A stretch of DNA of 64,000 nt from Candidatus Eiseniibacteriota bacterium. Its GTDB lineage: Bacteria; Eisenbacteria; RBG-16-71-46; JABDJR01. A program made the position numbers and the translations under genes. The notes beneath the pieces were generated by a model. It did not search any database. It was not told where the DNA came from and worked only from the letters and a program-made list of their open reading frames with translations. The DNA is taken from contig CAVXKA010000003.1 in the NCBI GenBank assembly GCA_963762255.1, positions 256,001-320,000 on the forward strand, given 5' to 3'. Below, piece by piece: positions 37,630 to 47,243 of the stretch (position 1 is the first letter of the stretch; each line of letters begins with the position of its first letter).

Positions 37630-38509
37630 AGATCACCACAACCACGGTGGCGAGCCAGCCGAGCGTGGTGAGGAGAATCGGAAGATCGCGATAGAAGGTG
37701 CGGCTGGGGCTCCCTCCCTGCTCGCGCTCCCAGATGAGGTAGAGATAGCGAAAGACTCCGTACACCACGAAGGGAATCGTGTACACGAGCGACGGGGTGT
37801 GGAACTTCGAGACCGTGCCGGGTGCGACGGTGTAGATCGCGTACGCGAGAAGCGTCCCCGCGGTGACGATCGCAATGAGCTGATCGAGAAATCCCTTGGA
37901 GTACTCGCGCAGCGTCGCGCGATGCCCGGAGGCGTCGGTCTCCAGGAGAACGAGTTCATGACGGCGCTTGCCGAGTCCAAGGAAGAGCGCGAGGAAGAAC
38001 GTGCATACCAGGAGCCACGGCGAGATCTCTATCGTGGGGTCGAGCGGGCGAAGGGCCATGACCCCACCGATGGCGCGGATCACGAAGGAGATCGCGATCA
38101 GGAGCACGTCGAGAATCACCACGTTCTTGAGCCAGAGCGAGTACCCCACGTTGACTAGGTAGAACATCCCGAGCACGCCGAGAAACGACGCGCCGAGGCG
38201 TCCGCCGAGCACCGCGGAGGCGACGAGCAGCACCGCGAGAACCGTCAAGGCGGATCGCGGCCGCAGCCGACCCGACGCAATGGGGCGGTTCCGCTTGGTG
38301 GGGTGCAGGCGATCCCGCTCGACATCGCAGAGATCGTTGAGCACGTAGATGGCCGAGGACGCCAGGCAGAAGGTCACGAACCCACCGAGTGCGCGCAGTG
38401 CAAACGCCGGATCGAGAAGATGCACGGAGAAGACGAGCCCGGCGAAGAGGATGCCGTTCTTGCTCCACTGCCATGGGCGCAGGAGCTGCGCGACGTCGCG
38501 GAGGCTCAC
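37613..38509 (-). CDS. UbiA family polyprenyl-phosphate phosphoribosyltransferase (DPPR synthase-like)
   Basis: LRPWQWSKN, YVLNDL.D.E.DR.HP.KR.RPIASG, YS..LKN..ILDV, KRRHE, YG..RY. Confidence 0.88.
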   Translation of the reverse strand: MSLRDVAQLLRPWQWSKNGILFAGLVFSVHLLDPAFALRALGGFVTFCLASSAIYVLNDLCDVERDRLHPTKRNRPIASGRLRPRSALTVLAVLLVASAVLGGRLGASFLGVLGMFYLVNVGYSLWLKNVVILDVLLIAISFVIRAIGGVMALRPLDPTIEISPWLLVCTFFLALFLGLGKRRHELVLLETDASGHRATLREYSKGFLDQLIAIVTAGTLLAYAIYTVAPGTVSKFHTPSLVYTIPFVVYGVFRYLYLIWEREQGGSPSRTFYRDLPILLTTLGWLATVVVVIYAGRL

Positions 38510-39102
38510 GCCCGGCTCCCTCCGAAGAAGGCACTCTCGACAAACTGGCAGAGGAGGTGCCCGGCGCAGATGTGCGCTTCCTGGATCCGGGCGACGTTTT
38601 CGCTCGGGACCACCAGAGCGGTGTCGCAAGCCCGGGCAAAGGCCCCGCCGAGGGCCCCGGTCATGCCGACAACCGCCAGTCCCTTCTCGCGAGCCTTCTT
38701 CACCGCCTCAACCACGTTGGCGCTGCCGCCGCTGGTGGAGATGGCGAGAAGCACATCCCCCTTTCGGCCGAGACCGTCGAGCTGGCGCGAGAACACTTCG
38801 CGATAGGCGTAGTCGTTACCGATGGCGGTGAGCGCGGAGGTGTTCACGGTCAGCGCCATCGCGGCCAACCCGGGACGCTCGAGATAGAACCTCCCCGAGA
38901 GTTCGGCCGCGATGTGTTGCGCATCGGCGGCGCTCCCTCCGTTCCCGCACGTGAACAGGGTGCCGCCGCCGCGCAAGGCCGCCTCCACGATCTCTGCCGC
39001 CCGCACCACGAACTCAGCCTGCTCGTCTCCCACTTGGCGAAGCACGCGGGCCGATTCCTCGAACTCCACACGCACCAGCGCGAGCGCCTGTTCCCGATTC
39101 AC
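38506..39102 (-). CDS. gmhA: Sedoheptulose-7-phosphate isomerase
   Basis: CGNGGSAADAQH, TAIGNDY, ISTSG.S.N, RIQEAH. Confidence 0.93.
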   Translation of the reverse strand: MNREQALALVRVEFEESARVLRQVGDEQAEFVVRAAEIVEAALRGGGTLFTCGNGGSAADAQHIAAELSGRFYLERPGLAAMALTVNTSALTAIGNDYAYREVFSRQLDGLGRKGDVLLAISTSGGSANVVEAVKKAREKGLAVVGMTGALGGAFARACDTALVVPSENVARIQEAHICAGHLLCQFVESAFFGGSRA

Positions 39103-39980
39103 GATGCCTCCTTGTCGGCGACCGGTGCGGCCGCGATCCCGCGCCCGCCTAGATAGTCCGCCAGCGCGTCGCGCCAGGGACGCAGCGCCACCCCGTAGCG
39201 AGCCTGGGCCCGCGAGCAGTCGAGCGCCGAATACGCGGGACGCGTGGCAGGACGACCGAGTCCGGCGGTGGTGGCGGGGCGGACCTTCGCCGGGTCGCCC
39301 CCGGCGAGGCGCACCGACTCCCGGGCGAGATCGCACCACGTAGCGCTCCCGGCGTTGGCCAGGTGCAGCAGACCCTCGGCGCGCGCATCGACGAGACACG
39401 CGAGGCCCTCGGCGAGGTCGGCGACGAAGGTGGGAGATCCGGTTTGATCGTTCACCACCACCAAGGTCTCCTGCCGGGCGGCGAGGTCGAGAATCGTATC
39501 CACAAAGTTCCTGCCGCCGGAGCCGTAGAGCCACGCGCTCCGCACGATCGCCCAGCGCGGGGCGCCCGCGCGCACCGCCTGCTCGCCGGCGAGCTTGCTC
39601 CCCCCGTACACGCTCAAGGGCGCGGTCGCGTCGTCTTCGGTGTAGGGCGATCGCTTCGCACCGTCGAAGACGTAGTCCGTGGAGAGCGCGAGAACCGAGG
39701 CGTTCACGCGTTGCGCTTCCTCCGCAACCGCGCGCGAGCCGATCTCGTTGACGCGAAACGCCTCCTCCGGCTCGGTCTCGCAGCGATCGACGGCGGTCAT
39801 CGCCGCCAGATGCACCACGCAGTCCGGCCGGAACGCACCGAGGCGATCCCGCAGGAAGGCGGTGTCGGTGATGTCGGCGTCGACGACGCTCATGCCGCTC
39901 ACCTCGTGGCCGTGCGCGCGTAGCGCCGGAACGAGGGCCGAGCCCAAGAGGCCATCCCAGCCGGTCACGTAGACCCGCAC
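39099..39980 (-). CDS. rfbD: dTDP-4-dehydrorhamnose reductase
   Basis: VTG..GLLG, AAMTAVD..E, STDYVFDG, YGGSKLAGE, DQTGSPT, RPAYSALD. Confidence 0.93.
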   Translation of the reverse strand: MRVYVTGWDGLLGSALVPALRAHGHEVSGMSVVDADITDTAFLRDRLGAFRPDCVVHLAAMTAVDRCETEPEEAFRVNEIGSRAVAEEAQRVNASVLALSTDYVFDGAKRSPYTEDDATAPLSVYGGSKLAGEQAVRAGAPRWAIVRSAWLYGSGGRNFVDTILDLAARQETLVVVNDQTGSPTFVADLAEGLACLVDARAEGLLHLANAGSATWCDLARESVRLAGGDPAKVRPATTAGLGRPATRPAYSALDCSRAQARYGVALRPWRDALADYLGGRGIAAAPVADKEAS

Positions 39981-41044
39981 TAGCACACCTCGATCCGGCC
40001 CAGGTCTCCGACCAGGAAGCGGTACGTGGCGGGTCGGCCTTCGCTGCGCAAGATCTCCACCGAGCGCCCGAGAAGGCTCGACTCCATGCGATGGCCGAGG
40101 CCGATGACCTTGGCGTTCTCGAGAAGGATCGAGTGCTCGACCTCGCTCCCCCGGATCTCCACGCCGTCGTGCAGGGAGGTGAACGGGCCCACGAAGGCGT
40201 CCTCGATGACGCAGTTCCTGCCCACGATGAGGGGCCCGCGCAGCGTGCTCTTCACGATGCGGGTGCCGGCGCCGATCACGACGTCCCCCTCGATGCGGCT
40301 CGCCGAGTCCACGTCGCCCTCGATGCGCGTGCCCAGGCCCGTGAGCACGATGCGATTGGCCTCGAGCATGTCCTCGAGCTTGCCGGTGTCCTTCCACCAC
40401 CCGCCGATGATGTGGCTGCGCACGTCCATCTTCTGATCGATGAGGTACTGGATCGCGTCGGTGATCTCCAGCTCGCCGCGGGCGGAGGGCCGGATGGCGT
40501 CCACCGCGTCGAACACGGTGGCGTCGAACATGTAGACGCCGACCAGCGCGAGGTCGGAGCGCGGCGTCTTCGGCTTCTCCTCCAGACGCACCACGCGGTT
40601 CCCTTCGAGTTCGGCGACCCCGAACTCCTGCGGGTTCTTCACGTGGGCGAGCAGGATCTGGCAGTTGGGGCGTTCCTTCTGGAACTCCCGGACGAGCGGG
40701 GTGATGCCGTCCTTGATGAGGTTGTCGCCGAGGAACATCACGAAGGGATCGTCGCGCAGGTAGTCGCGGCTCATCTTCACCGCGTGCGCGAGCCCGAGCG
40801 GGGCGTCCTGGTGGATGTAGGTCACGCGGATGCCGAACCGCGAACCGTCCCCCACCGCGGCGCGGATCTCCTCGTGAGTGTCCCCGACCACGATGCCGAC
40901 GTCGGTGATGCCGGCGTCGCGGATGGCCTCGATGCCGTAGAAGAGGATGGGCTTGTTGGCCACCGGCACGAGCTGCTTGGCGCTCGTGAAGGTGATGGGA
41001 CGCAGTCGCGTCCCCTTGCCGCCGCTCAGGATGAGGGCCTTGAT
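39980..41044 (-). CDS. rmlA: Glucose-1-phosphate thymidylyltransferase (long form); apparent ATC start
   Basis: (I)KALILSGGKGTRLRPITFTSAKQLVPVANKP, PLGLAHAV, LGDN, RGELEITDA, WWKDTG. Confidence 0.93.
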   Translation of the reverse strand: MKALILSGGKGTRLRPITFTSAKQLVPVANKPILFYGIEAIRDAGITDVGIVVGDTHEEIRAAVGDGSRFGIRVTYIHQDAPLGLAHAVKMSRDYLRDDPFVMFLGDNLIKDGITPLVREFQKERPNCQILLAHVKNPQEFGVAELEGNRVVRLEEKPKTPRSDLALVGVYMFDATVFDAVDAIRPSARGELEITDAIQYLIDQKMDVRSHIIGGWWKDTGKLEDMLEANRIVLTGLGTRIEGDVDSASRIEGDVVIGAGTRIVKSTLRGPLIVGRNCVIEDAFVGPFTSLHDGVEIRGSEVEHSILLENAKVIGLGHRMESSLLGRSVEILRSEGRPATYRFLVGDLGRIEVC

Positions 41045-41196
41045 GGTGCACCTCCGGGAGTGTGGGGGGGTCGAGCCGGCTCCGACCGAGGCCAGCGCGG
41101 CACGTGCAAGCGATGAAGCTATCAGAGCGGCGGAATCACGGTCAACGCGGGGAGTTGCGGGGCACCGAGGATGAATGGGCCACGGAGTGGATGCGC

Positions 41197-42231
41197 CTAC
41201 CGGTCACCCGCGCCCTCCACCCTCCGGATCATCGACTGCACGCTCGACCCCGCATTTATCGGAATGACCGTCACGTCCGGATGCTCACTGCGAAAGACGC
41301 GAAACACCTCATCTGCGAAGGCCTGGCCGATCATGTCGACGTCCGAGAAGTCCAGGATCACCGTCCGAAACCTGTCCACCCGGGCCATGAGCCGCTTCGC
41401 CTGGGACCGGGAAATGAGCTTCTCCGGGTCTTCCCTCGCCAGTCGCACCGGTACGACGGTCTTCGTGAACGCAAAGTCATCCTCCTCGGAGGCGAACCGC
41501 GCGAAGACTTCTCCAGTCGTTCGTTCGGTTCGATCCTGCAGTTCCATGAAGACCGACGTTCCCCGTTGTTCCTGATCCCGATCGAGGATCCAGTCTTCAT
41601 CCTCTTCGATGTGGTGCGAGAAATACACTCCTCCCGACAGAATGGCGAACCGGTCGAACATGCGGGACGCGAAGAAGATCCCCTCACCCGTGTGATGCGC
41701 CGGATCGGTCGTGAGCTTCCCTTTCGCAAGCTCCAGCAGCGCGTGCCTCTCGTCATCCAGCCCGTAGGCGTCCTTAATCTTGCGGAAGATGCCGACGCCG
41801 TCGTCGTGGAGAGAGATCTCGGTCGTCACTGCGGTACGTTTCAGCAAGACCATGATCTTGCCGCCGCTCGAGTGGTCGACGGCGTTGTTGACCATCTCGG
41901 TGAACCCGTAGCTCCAGATATCGAGCGCGTTCTGCGGCAAACCGTCCAGCTCCGGCAACACGCTGTAGCGCCAGAAGCGGTCTTCCTGAAGACCGATGAG
42001 CGCACTCTCGACCGAACGCTCTCTTAGGACCCTCAGCGAGTACCGCCGACTGCGCGTCCTCCCGGCCGCGTCGACGAGACCCTCTGCCACCAAGCGCTGC
42101 ATGTGCCGGCTGAGCGCTTGCCGCGAGATTCCGAACTCACGCGCCGTCGCCCCCATGGCACCGCTCGCATCCTCGTAGAGCTGCTGCAGCAGGAACTGCC
42201 GAATGTCGAGCTTAGGGCTCACTGATTTCAT
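41197..42231 (-). CDS. HTH + HATPase + STAS-like (DUF4325-like) protein
   Basis: AREFGISRQALSRH helix-turn-helix; EMVNNAVDHS, DDGVGI, TGEGIF, GTSV GHKL boxes; LDFSDVDMIGQAFADEVF. Confidence 0.8.
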   Translation of the reverse strand: MKSVSPKLDIRQFLLQQLYEDASGAMGATAREFGISRQALSRHMQRLVAEGLVDAAGRTRSRRYSLRVLRERSVESALIGLQEDRFWRYSVLPELDGLPQNALDIWSYGFTEMVNNAVDHSSGGKIMVLLKRTAVTTEISLHDDGVGIFRKIKDAYGLDDERHALLELAKGKLTTDPAHHTGEGIFFASRMFDRFAILSGGVYFSHHIEEDEDWILDRDQEQRGTSVFMELQDRTERTTGEVFARFASEEDDFAFTKTVVPVRLAREDPEKLISRSQAKRLMARVDRFRTVILDFSDVDMIGQAFADEVFRVFRSEHPDVTVIPINAGSSVQSMIRRVEGAGDR

Positions 42232-42248
42232 CCTCCGCGGGCCGGCGC

Positions 42249-42302
42249 ATTGTCAACTTGTCAGAGGTGTATTGTCAACTTTCAAGGATATCATTGTCAA
42301 CT
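42249..42302. repeat. Three direct repeats ATTGTCAACT with exact 22-bp period (operator/promoter array)
   Basis: Copies at 42249-42258, 42271-42280 and 42293-42302 in an AT-rich patch; each reads AGTTGACAAT on the coding (minus) strand. Confidence 0.85.
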
Positions 42303-42406
42303 ATACGGATTACTGGTGTGGTATCTTATTGCTAATAAATACGTTACACTGGCGTTGGCCGAGACGATTATCACGCTCTGCCGCGGCGAGTTCAGCCGGA
42401 TGGACC

Positions 42407-42435
42407 GCCGCCGCGCCGCTGCGCGGCGCGGCGGC
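42407..42435 (-). terminator. GC-rich hairpin downstream of pepF
   Basis: GCCGCCGCGCCGC-TGC-GCGGCGCGGCGGC inverted repeat just past the stop codon; no clear U-tract. Confidence 0.45.
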
Positions 42436-42449
42436 CGACAGACCAGCGG

Positions 42450-44351
42450 CTACTTCTTCTGCCGCGCCAGAATCCCCTCCATCTCGTCCATCACCGCGTT
42501 CATCTCCCGCATGGCCGCGCTGAACGGCGCCGGCGTGGTCATGTCCACCCCCGCGGCCTTCAGGAGATCGATCGGGTACTTGGACCCGCCGGAGGAGAGC
42601 ATCTCCAGGTACGCATCACGATTGCGCGTCGACTGCGTCTCCTGAGCCGCCTCGTCCTGGATGGAGTTGGCGATGGCGGTCGAGGCCACCAGGCTCGTCG
42701 CGTACTGGAAGACGTAGAAGTTGTAGAAGAAGTGGTTGATGTACGCCCACTCCACCCCGTACAGCTCGTCCACGTTGCACACGCCCTCGGCGTGCCCGTA
42801 GTACTGACGCACGAGATCCAGGTAGATCTTGTTGAGCACGTCGCCGGTCAAGGGCTCCCCGCGCTCGGCCGTCTCGTGGATCGCCAGCTCGAATTCCGCG
42901 AAGAGCACCTGGCGGAAGAGCGTCGTGCGCAGGTTCTCCAGGTAGTTCCCGAGCAGGAAGAGCCGCACGTCGTCGTCCTGCGTCTTGTCCAGCATGGAGT
43001 GGAAGAGCAGGTTCTCGTTCAGGGTCGATGCGACCTCGGCGACGAAGGTTGCGTAGTCGTAGGTCGGATAGGGCTGGTTCTTGGACGACAGGTACGAATG
43101 CATCGAGTGGCCCGACTCGTGGGCCAGCGTCGACACCTCGTCGTAGTTCCCCGTGAAGTTCAGGAGCTGATAGGGATGCACACCGTACGCGATGGTGCTG
43201 TAGGCGCCCGAACGCTTCCCGGTCGTGGGGATCCAGTCCACCCACCCTCCCGTGGTGAGGCCGTCGCCCAGTACCTTCGCGTACTCCGGACCCAGAGGCT
43301 TCACCGCGTTCACCGTGAGATCGATCGCCTGCTCCGGCGTGTAAGTCAGATTCACCTCGTTCACGATCGGCGCGTAGAGATCCTCGTATCCCAGATCGTC
43401 GAGCCCCATCATGCGCGCGCGCAGCTTCAGGTAGCGGTGCAACGTGGGCAGGTTCGCGTGCACGTCGGCGATGAGCTGCTTGTAGACCGTGGTCGGGATG
43501 TTGTCGTTGTAGAGCGCGGCCTCGAGGCACGAGTCGAACTTCCGGACGTTGCGCGTGAAGATGTGATTCTTCATCTGACCGTAGAGGGACGTGCCGAGCG
43601 TGCGCCGGAAGTCCTGATGCGCCTGCCAGAACGCCTTGAACACCTTGAGGCGATCCTCGCGATTGCCGGAGGCGCGGTACTGCGTGTAGGCCTGCGCGTC
43701 GAGCCGCACGCTCTGTCCGTCGGAGAGGGTCACCGTCGGATAGGGAATCTCGGCGTTGACGAACACGCCGCGAATGTCCCCCGGCGCGCCGGCCAGGCGT
43801 CCCGCCTGCGCCACGATCTTTTCCTCGTCGGCGTTCAGCGTGTGCGGCGCCCAGCGCACGAGGTTCTCGAGATAGGGCCGGTAGTCGGCGAGCCGGGGCT
43901 CGGCGGCGAGGTACCGCTCCATCTTCTCCTTGCCCAGAGCGATGATCTCGGGGCGGACGAACGAGGCGGCGGTGCGCAGCTTCTGCCCGACCTCATCCGC
44001 CTCCTGCTCCATCTCCTGGCTCCGGCCCACCCGGGTGTCCTCGTCGAAGTGCTGGCTGGCATAGGTGTAGACGCGCTCGAAACTCTGACCGAGCTGCATG
44101 TACGTGCTCAGCCCCTCGTAGAGGGTCTGCGCGGACTCGCCGAGCCGCCCTTCGAACTTGGAAATGAGCGGGACATCGGCGACCAGCTTCTCCTTGGCCG
44201 CCGTCCAATCCGCCTCGCTCTTGAAGAGCGCGGTGAGGTCCCACTTGTACTGCGCGGGAACCTCGGAGCGTTCGGCGGCGTGGACCAGCATGGGCACGAT
44301 CAGGAGAACGGCCAGGGAGATGAGAATCCGGCGTGGACGGTGAGCAAGCAT
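42450..44351 (-). CDS. pepF: Oligoendopeptidase F (M3B) with signal peptide
   Basis: WDLT.LF, GKRSGAYS, TLAHESGHSMH, AEVAST.NE, RQ..FAEFE, FYVFQYAT. Confidence 0.93.
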   Translation of the reverse strand: MLAHRPRRILISLAVLLIVPMLVHAAERSEVPAQYKWDLTALFKSEADWTAAKEKLVADVPLISKFEGRLGESAQTLYEGLSTYMQLGQSFERVYTYASQHFDEDTRVGRSQEMEQEADEVGQKLRTAASFVRPEIIALGKEKMERYLAAEPRLADYRPYLENLVRWAPHTLNADEEKIVAQAGRLAGAPGDIRGVFVNAEIPYPTVTLSDGQSVRLDAQAYTQYRASGNREDRLKVFKAFWQAHQDFRRTLGTSLYGQMKNHIFTRNVRKFDSCLEAALYNDNIPTTVYKQLIADVHANLPTLHRYLKLRARMMGLDDLGYEDLYAPIVNEVNLTYTPEQAIDLTVNAVKPLGPEYAKVLGDGLTTGGWVDWIPTTGKRSGAYSTIAYGVHPYQLLNFTGNYDEVSTLAHESGHSMHSYLSSKNQPYPTYDYATFVAEVASTLNENLLFHSMLDKTQDDDVRLFLLGNYLENLRTTLFRQVLFAEFELAIHETAERGEPLTGDVLNKIYLDLVRQYYGHAEGVCNVDELYGVEWAYINHFFYNFYVFQYATSLVASTAIANSIQDEAAQETQSTRNRDAYLEMLSSGGSKYPIDLLKAAGVDMTTPAPFSAAMREMNAVMDEMEGILARQKK

Positions 44352-44486
44352 GAGAATGCCTCCAGTGGAACGCGAAGCCGCGTCTGCCTTCCGGAGAAGC
44401 GGCGTGGAACGGATGTGACCCGGTGGGACTGGGGGGGGCGAACAGCAACGAAGGTCGGAGTATACCGCACTCGCGGCGAGACGGGG

Positions 44487-47144
44487 CTAGCCACCGGCGG
44501 AGGCTCCCGCCAGCATCCGCTCGAGCGCGGCACGCCCTTCGCGGAGCGCTTCCGGGATGCGCTCCGGGTCCTTGCCCCCCGCGGTGGCCAGTTGCGGGCG
44601 GCCTCCACCGCCTCCGCCGAGAACCTTGGCCGCCTCGCGGACCAGCACGTCCGCGCGCAGGCCGCGGGAAGCGACGAGGTCGTCTGTCACAAAGGCGAGC
44701 AGGAGCACCTTGCCCTCGGCGCGCGCCGCGAGAATGCCCGCCCCGCTCTTCATGCGATCGCGCAGCTTGTCCGCGGCTTCCCGTAACGCCTTGGCGTCGT
44801 CGGTCGGGAACTCCACGGCGAGGAACCGAACGCCTGCGACATCGACCGCCTGATCCAGGATGTCGCCGGAGGACTTGTTGAGCATCTCCGATCGGAGCCG
44901 CGAGACCTCCTTGCGGAGGCGGTCGTTCTCGTCGACCACCCCCTGCACGCGGGCCTCCGCGTCGCGGACGGATCCCGCCTTGACCGCGGCCGCCAGCCGG
45001 TGCACGAGATCGTCCTCCTCTCGGAGGTGCGCGACCGAATTCCAACCGGTGGCCGCCTCGACGCGGCGAATCCCGGCCGCCACCGATTCCTCCGAGACGA
45101 TTCGGAAGAGCCCGATCTCGCCGGTCCGCCGCACGTGGCAGCCGCCGCAGAGCTCGCGGCTCACGTCGCCCTCTTCCGTGACGACGAACACCTGCCGCAC
45201 CCGATCGCCGTACTTCTCACCGAACATGGCGGTGGCGCCCGCCCGGCGCGCCTCGTCCATGCTCGTCACCGTCTTGTTGACGGGGTAATCGGCGAGAATC
45301 GCGCGGTTCACGTCGTCCTCGACGGCGCGGATCTGCGCGGGGGTAAGCGATGAGAAGTGATTGAAGTCGAAGCGAAGGCGGTCGGGGGCCACCAGCGAAC
45401 CGGCCTGGGTCACGTGCGTGCCCACGTTCCGCTTGAGCGCGGCGTGCAGAAGATGGGTGGCGGTGTGGTTGCGCTCGGTGGCATGGCGCGACTCCGCGTC
45501 CACGACGGCGCGGTACGGGCCGGCGCCGAGATCGCCTCCGGATAGAACCCGGCCGCGATGCACGTGCAGTCCGTCCATCCGTCCCACGGCGACGACATCG
45601 AGCACGAACCCGTGATCGCCGGTCAGACGGCCGCGATCTCCCACCTGCCCGCCCCCCTCCGCATAGAACGGGGTGACGTCCAGGAGGAACTCCCAGTCCT
45701 CCCCACGACGCCGGCGGGCCACGACCTTCGACTCGGTCTGCAAGCGCTCATACCCCACGTACTCCGAGTGCGGCGCGCTCTGCTCGGCGAGCCACTCCCA
45801 AGGCACGTCCTCACCCTGCACGTGGTCGAACTGCGCCGCGGCGCGGGAGCGCTTCACCTGAAGCTCCATCTCCGACTTGAAGCCCGGCTCGTCCACTTCG
45901 AGGCCGCGCTCCTCCGCCATCTCCTGGGTCATGTCGAACGGGAACCCGAAGGTGTCGTAGAGCGTGAACGCGTCCTTCCCCGAGATCGTCTTCTCTCCCC
46001 GTCCACGGGTGCGCTCCACGACCTCTTCGAAGCGGCGCATGCCGGTCTCCAGGGTCTGCAGAAAACGCGTCTCCTCCTCACGGCACACCATGGCGATGCG
46101 GTCCCGGCTCCGGTCGAGTTCGGGATACTGCTTGTGCAGCAAGTCCACCACGACACTCGTGAGCTTGTAGAGGAACGGATCGCGGATGCCCAGCACGAGG
46201 CCTCGGCGGGCGGCCCGCCGCAGGATGCGCCGCGCCACGTAACCGGGTCCTTCGTTGGAGGGATAGACCCCTTCGTTGAAGAGCATGGTCACCGCGCGCG
46301 CGTGCTCGGCGATGACGTTGAGGGCGACGCGGCGCTCCGCGGTGTCGGCGTCGTCCGGCGCCAGGTCCATCGCCGCTTCGCGAAGCGGAATGAACTCGTC
46401 GGTCTCGAACACCGACTTCTTCCCCTGAAGGAGTTGGGCGAGCCGCTCCAGCCCCATGCCGGTATCGATCCCGGTTCGCGGGAGCGGCGTCTGCACACCG
46501 TTCTCGTCCTGGAAGAACTGCGGGAAGACGAGGTTCCAGAACTCCTGATAGCGGTCGCAGTCGCATCCCGGCTTGCAGTCGGGGGCACCGCAACCGAACT
46601 CCGCACCCAGATCCATGTAGATCTCGCTGCACGGGCCGCAAGCGCCGCTGGAGCCGGCCGGTCCCCAGAAGTTGTCCTTCTTGCCCAGCCGCACGATGCG
46701 TCCGGCGGGGAGCCCCACTTCGTTCTCCCAGATCGCCGCGGCCTCGTCGTCGTCGAGGTACACCGAGGCCCAGAGCTTCTCGGCGTCCATGTGGAGCACG
46801 TCGATCACGAACTCCCACGCCCAGTGGATGGCCTCGCGCTTGAAGTAGTCGCCGAAGGAGAAATTGCCGAGCATCTCGAAGAAGGTGAGGTGGCGCGGGG
46901 TGTGCCCCACGCGCTCGAGGTCCGTGACCCGGAAGCACTTCTGCACGGTGGTGGCGCGCGTGTACTCGAGGATCCCCGTCGCCGCGTACATGGACTTGAA
47001 TTGCACCATGCCCGCGGAGGTGAACAGGAGCGTCGAATCGCCGATCGGCACCAGCGGCGACGATGCCACGTGGCGGTGCCCCCGTTCGGTGAAGAACCGG
47101 ATGTACTCCTCGCGGATCTCTTGCGTCGTCAGTGCTCTGGCCAT
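44487..47144 (-). CDS. alaS: Alanine-tRNA ligase
   Basis: LLFTSAGMVQFK, HLTFFEMLGNFSFGDYFK, IDTGMGLERL, NHTATHLL, ELCGGCHV, GGGGGG.P. Confidence 0.98.
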   Translation of the reverse strand: MARALTTQEIREEYIRFFTERGHRHVASSPLVPIGDSTLLFTSAGMVQFKSMYAATGILEYTRATTVQKCFRVTDLERVGHTPRHLTFFEMLGNFSFGDYFKREAIHWAWEFVIDVLHMDAEKLWASVYLDDDEAAAIWENEVGLPAGRIVRLGKKDNFWGPAGSSGACGPCSEIYMDLGAEFGCGAPDCKPGCDCDRYQEFWNLVFPQFFQDENGVQTPLPRTGIDTGMGLERLAQLLQGKKSVFETDEFIPLREAAMDLAPDDADTAERRVALNVIAEHARAVTMLFNEGVYPSNEGPGYVARRILRRAARRGLVLGIRDPFLYKLTSVVVDLLHKQYPELDRSRDRIAMVCREEETRFLQTLETGMRRFEEVVERTRGRGEKTISGKDAFTLYDTFGFPFDMTQEMAEERGLEVDEPGFKSEMELQVKRSRAAAQFDHVQGEDVPWEWLAEQSAPHSEYVGYERLQTESKVVARRRRGEDWEFLLDVTPFYAEGGGQVGDRGRLTGDHGFVLDVVAVGRMDGLHVHRGRVLSGGDLGAGPYRAVVDAESRHATERNHTATHLLHAALKRNVGTHVTQAGSLVAPDRLRFDFNHFSSLTPAQIRAVEDDVNRAILADYPVNKTVTSMDEARRAGATAMFGEKYGDRVRQVFVVTEEGDVSRELCGGCHVRRTGEIGLFRIVSEESVAAGIRRVEAATGWNSVAHLREEDDLVHRLAAAVKAGSVRDAEARVQGVVDENDRLRKEVSRLRSEMLNKSSGDILDQAVDVAGVRFLAVEFPTDDAKALREAADKLRDRMKSGAGILAARAEGKVLLLAFVTDDLVASRGLRADVLVREAAKVLGGGGGGRPQLATAGGKDPERIPEALREGRAALERMLAGASAGG

Positions 47145-47243
47145 GGGAACCTCGCCTGCAAATGGAAAACGCACGAGTATACCCGATGCCGGCGCGTGCG
47201 GGCAGGGCGAGGCGCCGGACAGCTCCGGCCGGAGCCGTGTCCT

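Noticed and set aside
39099-41051. 650-aa RmlA-RfbD fusion suggested by the ORF track
   Set aside because: The upstream part is an off-frame shadow of rmlA; rfbD starts at GTG 39980
42249-42302. CRISPR array or plasmid iterons
   Set aside because: Repeats are 10 bp with 12-bp spacers, only three copies, and there is no cas or rep gene
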